A DNA stretch of 64,000 nt, taken from NCBI GenBank assembly GCA_963920595.1, contig OY986946.1, positions 4,712,001 through 4,776,000 on the forward strand, read 5' to 3'. Both the position numbers and the translations under genes were made by a program. The notes below the pieces were generated by a model. The model was not told where the DNA came from. It saw only the letters and a list, made by a program, of their open reading frames with translations, and did not search any database. The stretch comes from Eimeria praecox. Taxonomy: Eukaryota. Shown here piece after piece: positions 58,740 to 64,000 of the stretch (its first letter is position 1; each line of letters starts with the position of its first letter).

Positions 58740-61700
58740 GAAACGCAACATGCCTCCCACCCAGACCTGTCAAACCATACACTGCAGCACATTCACACTG
58801 TCCTAGCACCCTGCCCCATCCACGTGCTGCTTGACGCAGTTCCTCTGCAGTTGACCTCAGGCTCCACACACACTCGAACACCGCATCTCACCCTGCACAT
58901 CACCTCTCCACCCTTCACACAACACACCACCTACTCCAACCTAGCATCTGCTGCGTGCGAAATGCTTCCCCTCCACAACCATAAAGCAAGTCAGAACACA
59001 CATTGTCAATATAACATCCAGCATCCGAAGCTCCTCCATCGCCACACCCTATCTCCCCCACATCGCCAATCGCGCAAACAGATGTCTTGCCGCACACACA
59101 TACCCACGCCGCTAAATGCCATCCAGCCACGCAAACATACCCAACTACCTGCCACTAAACATGCAAAGCGTGCACGACGATTACGCCTGTCCGACATCCT
59201 TATTACCAGCATTCAACGCACTTCCTCCTATACACAACCACCGACTCAACAACTCCTCCGTGCTAAAAACGAGCTGTCCACTGCAACCGAGCCTGCCTCC
59301 ACGCTAGACTCCTGCATCATGTTGCTCCAGCACACAGGCACAATGTCGCAGATTCAACGCACGGCCTTCTGGAGACAGCCATCACCCAAACATTGGCGCC
59401 CCCAAATGCCAGAAACGTTCAATGAAACGCAACATGCCTCCCACCCAGACCTGTCAAACCATACACTGCAGCACATTCACACTGTCCTAGCACCCTGCTC
59501 CATCCACTTGCTTCTTGACGCAGTTCCTCTGCAGTTGACCTCAGGTTCCACACACACTCGAACACCGCATCTCACCCTGCACATCACCTCTCCACCCTTC
59601 ACACAACACACCACCTACTCCAACCTAGCATCTGCTCCGTGCGAAAACCTTCCCCTCCACAACCATAAAGCAAGTCAGAACACACATTGTCAATATAACA
59701 TCCAGCATCCGAAGCTCCTCCATCGCCACACCCTACCTCCCCCACATCGCCAATCGCGCAAACAGATGTCTTGCCGCACACACATACCCACGCCGCTAAA
59801 TGCCATCCAGCCACGCCGACATACCCAACTACCTGCCACTAAACATGCAACGCGTGCACAGCGATTAAGCCTGTCCGCAATTTTTATTATGAGCATTTAA
59901 CGCACTTCCTCCTATACACAACCACCGACTCAACAGCTCCTCCGTCATAACAACGATTTGACTACTGCAACCGAGCCTGCCTCCACGCTAGACTCCTGCA
60001 TCATGTTGCTCCAGCACACAGGCACAATGTCGCAGATTCAACGCACGGCCTTCTGGAGACAGCCATCACCCAAACATTGGCGCCCCCGAATGCCAGAAAC
60101 GTTCAATGAAACGCAACATGCCTCCCACCCAGACCTGTCAAACCATACACTGCAGCACATTCACACTGTCCTAACACCCTGCCCCATCCACTTGCTTCTT
60201 GACGCAGTTCCTCTGCAGTTGGCCTCAGGCTCCACACACACTCGAACACCGCATCTCACCCTGCACATCACCTCTCCACCCTTCACACAACACACCACCT
60301 ACTCCAACCTAGCATCTGCTGCGTGCGAAATGCTTCCCCTCCACAACCATAAAGCAAGTCAGAACACACATTGTCAATATAACATCCAGCATCCGAAGCT
60401 CCTCCATCGCCACACCCTACCTCCCCCACATCGCCAATCGCGCAAACAGATGTCTTGCCGCACACACATACCCACGCCGCTAAATGCCATCCAGCCACGC
60501 CGACATACCCAACTACCTGCCACTAAACATGCAAAGCGTGCACGACGATTACGCCTGTCCGACATCCTTATTACCAGCATTCAACGCACTTCCTCCTATA
60601 CACAACCACCGACTCAACAACTCCTCCGTCCTAAAAACGAGCTGTCCACTGCAACCGAGCCTGCCTCCACGCTAGACTCCTGCATCATGTTGCTCCAGCA
60701 CACAGGCACAATGTCGCAGATTCAACGCACGGCCTTCTGGAGACAGCCATCACCCAAACATTGGCGCCCCCAAATGCCAGAAACTTTGCATGAAACGCAA
60801 CATGCCTCCCACCCAGACCTGTCAAACCATACACTGCAGCACATTCACACTGTCCTAGCACCCTGCCCCATCCACGTGCTGCTTGACGCAGTTCCTCTGC
60901 AGTTGACCTCAGGCTCCACACACACTCGAACACCGCATCTCACCCTGCACATCACCTCTCCACCCTTCACACAACACACCACCTACTCCAACCTAGCATC
61001 TGCTGCGTGCGAAATGCTTCCCCTCCACAACCATAAAGCAAGTCAGAACACACATTGTCAATATAACATCCAGCATCCGAAGCTCCTCCATCGCCACACC
61101 CTATCTCCCCCACATCGCCAATCGCGCAAACAGATGTCTTGCCGCACACACATACCCACGCCGCTAAATGCCATCCAGCCACGCAAACATACCCAACTAC
61201 CTGCCACTAAACATGCAAAGCGTGCACGACGATTACGCCTGTCCGACATCCTTATTACCAGCATTCAACGCACTTCCTCCTATACACAACCACCGACTCA
61301 ACAACTCCTCCGTGCTAAAAACGAGCTGTCCACTGCAACCGAGCCTGCCTCCACGCTAGACTCCTGCATCATGTTGCTCCAGCACACAGGCACAATGTCG
61401 CAGATTCAACGCACGGCCTTCTGGAGACAGCCATCACCCAAACATTGGCGCCCCCAAATGCCAGAAACGTTCAATGAAACGCAACATGCCTCCCACCCAG
61501 ACCTGTCAAACCATACACTGCAGCACATTCACACTGTCCTAGCACCCTGCTCCATCCACTTGCTTCTTGACGCAGTTCCTCTGCAGTTGACCTCAGGTTC
61601 CACACACACTCGAACACCGCATCTCACCCTGCACATCACCTCTCCACCCTTCACACAACACACCACCTACTCCAACCTAGCATCTGCTCCGTGCGAAAAC

Positions 61701-62909
61701 CTTCCCCTCCACAACCATAAAGCAAGTCAGAACACACATTGTCAATATAACATCCAGCATCCGAAGCTCCTCCATCGCCACACCCTACCTCCCCCACATC
61801 GCCAATCGCGCAAACAGATGTCTTGCCGCACACACATACCCACGCCGCTAAATGCCATCCAGCCACGCCGACATACCCAACTACCTGCCACTAAACATGC
61901 AACGCGTGCACAGCGATTAAGCCTGTCCGCAATTTTTATTATGAGCATTTAACGCACTTCCTCCTATACACAACCACCGACTCAACAGCTCCTCCGTCAT
62001 AACAACGATTTGACTACTGCAACCGAGCCTGCCTCCACGCTAGACTCCTGCATCATGTTGCTCCAGCACACAGGCACAATGTCGCAGATTCAACGCACGG
62101 CCTTCTGGAGACAGCCATCACCCAAACATTGGCGCCCCCGAATGCCAGAAACGTTCAATGAAACGCAACATGCCTCCCACCCAGACCTGTCAAACCATAC
62201 ACTGCAGCACATTCACACTGTCCTAACACCCTGCCCCATCCACTTGCTTCTTGACGCAGTTCCTCTGCAGTTGGCCTCAGGCTCCACACACACTCGAACA
62301 CCGCATCTCACCCTGCACATCACCTCTCCACCCTTCACACAACACACCACCTACTCCAACCTAGCATCTGCTGCGTGCGAAATGCTTCCCCTCCACAACC
62401 ATAAAGCAAGTCAGAACACACATTGTCAATATAACATCCAGCATCCGAAGCTCCTCCATCGCCACACCCTACCTCCCCCACATCGCCAATCGCGCAAACA
62501 GATGTCTTGCCGCACACACATACCCACGCCGCTAAATGCCATCCAGCCACGCCGACATACCCAACTACCTGCCACTAAACATGCAAAGCGTGCACGACGA
62601 TTACGCCTGTCCGACATCCTTATTACCAGCATTCAACGCACTTCCTCCTATACACAACCACCGACTCAACAACTCCTCCGTCCTAAAAACGAGCTGTCCA
62701 CTGCAACCGAGCCTGCCTCCACGCTAGACTCCTGCATCATGTTGCTCCAGCACACAGGCACAATGTCGCAGATTCAACGCACGGCCTTCTGGAGACAGCC
62801 ATCACCCAAACATTGGCGCCCCCAAATGCCAGAAACTTTGCATGAAACGCAACATGCCTCCCACCCAGACCTGTCAAACCATACACTGCAGCACATTCAC
62901 ACTGTCCTA
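58740..62909. repeat. 3-monomer (2052 bp) tandem duplication
   Basis: TCTGCTCCGTGCG at ~59637/61689. AT-rich divergent tract with TAA ending 59900/61952. CCCCGAATG immediately before the anchors at 60090 and 62142. Confidence 0.88.
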
Positions 62910-64000
62910 ACACCCTGCCCCATCCACTTGCTTCTTGACGCAGTTCCTCTGCAGTTGACCTCAGGCTCCACACACACTCGAACACCGCATCTCATCCTTC
63001 ACATCACCTCTCCACCCTTCACACAACACACCACCTACCCCAGCCTAGCACCCGCTGCGACCGAAACGCTCCCCCTCCACAACCATAAAGCAAGTCAGAA
63101 CACACATTGTCAATATAACATCCAGCATCCGAAGCTCTTCCATCGCCACACCCTACCTCCCCCACATCGCCAATCGCGCAAACAGATGTCTTGCCGCACA
63201 CACATACCCACGCCGCTAAATGCCATCCAGCCACGCAAACATACCCAACTACCTGCCACTAAACATGCAAAGCGTGCACGACGATTACGCCTGTCCGACA
63301 TCCTTATTACCAGCATTCAACGCACTTCCTCCTATACACAACCACCGACTCAACAACTCCTCCGTCCTAAAAACGAGCTGTCCACTGCAACCGAGCCTGC
63401 CTCCACGCTAGACTCCTGCATCATGTTGCTCCAGCACACAGGCACAATGTCGCAGATTCAACGCACGGCCTTCTGGAGACAGCCATCACCCAAACATTGG
63501 CGCCCCCAAATGCCAGAAACTTTGCATGAAACGCAACATGCCTCCCACCCAGACCTGTCAAACCATACACTGCAGCACATTCACACTGTCCTAACACCCT
63601 GCCCCATCCACTTGCTTCTTGACGCAGTTCCTCTGCAGTTGACCTCAGGCTCCACACACACTCGAACACCGCATCTCATCCTTCACATCACCTCTCCACC
63701 CTTCACACAACACACCACCTACCCCAGCCTAGCACCCGCTGCGACCGAAACGCTCCCCCTCCACAACCATAAAGCAAGTCAGAACACACATTGTCAATAT
63801 AACATCCAGCATCCGAAGCTCCTCCATCGCCACACCCTACCTCCCCCACATCGCCAATCGCGCAAACAGATGTCTTGCCGCACACACATACCCACGCCGC
63901 TAAATGCCATCCAGCCACGCAAACATACCCAACTACCTGCCACTAAACATGCAAAGCGTGCACGACGATTACGCCTGTCCGACATCCTTATTACCAGCAT

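Larger units (their letters stand above)
1..64000. repeat. Tandem satellite/macrosatellite array, 684-bp monomer, ~93.6 head-to-tail copies, runs off both window ends
   Basis: Anchor ATGCCAGAAAC recurs at 609, 1293, 1978, 2662, 3346, 4031 ... 62826, 63510 (93 occurrences). Spacing is 684 bp except six 685-bp units (+T) and three 673-bp units (11-bp deletion). The ORF track repeats with the same period. No non-repeat sequence is seen. Confidence 0.99.

Noticed and set aside
118..64000. Repeated short minus-strand ORFs (60-120 aa; MAGWHLAAW..., MLVIRMSDR..., MFECVWSL...) and 63-aa plus-strand ORFs
   Set aside because: They are shadows of the 684-bp period. The Cys/Gly/Val/Trp richness simply reflects the GT-rich strand. 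They appear and vanish with single SNPs and show no recognisable domain.
1..64000. CRISPR array or other repeat-spacer system
   Set aside because: There are no unique spacers; the entire 684 bp is repeated. No cas or other genes are present.
1..64000. Tandem LTR, MITE or other transposon-derived units
   Set aside because: No terminal inverted repeats, target-site duplications, poly(A) tails or transposase/RT coding remnants are recognisable. A TE origin cannot be excluded without a library search.

Overview
The entire 64 kb window is one uninterrupted head-to-tail tandem array (satellite DNA) of a 684-bp monomer, about 93.6 copies. There are 92 full units between the anchors ATGCCAGAAAC at 609 and 63510, plus partial units at both ends. 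All copies share one orientation, the + strand is strongly C/A-rich, and I see no unique sequence, insertion, RNA gene, transposon or CRISPR array. Monomers differ at a limited set of recurrent SNP sites, a +1 T insertion (6 copies) and an 11-bp deletion (3 copies). These markers reveal nested higher-order repeats (1-, 2-, 3-, 4-, 6-, 13- and 19-monomer offsets) and a left-to-right turnover of variants. The monomer is exactly 228 codons with one stop-free + frame, which produces ORFs up to 2102 aa. The variant spectrum (mostly missense, with amplified nonsense and frameshift alleles) argues against a functional protein. I cannot assign the repeat to a named family or organism. A eukaryotic (peri)centromeric or heterochromatic macrosatellite is the most economical reading, and that is an inference.
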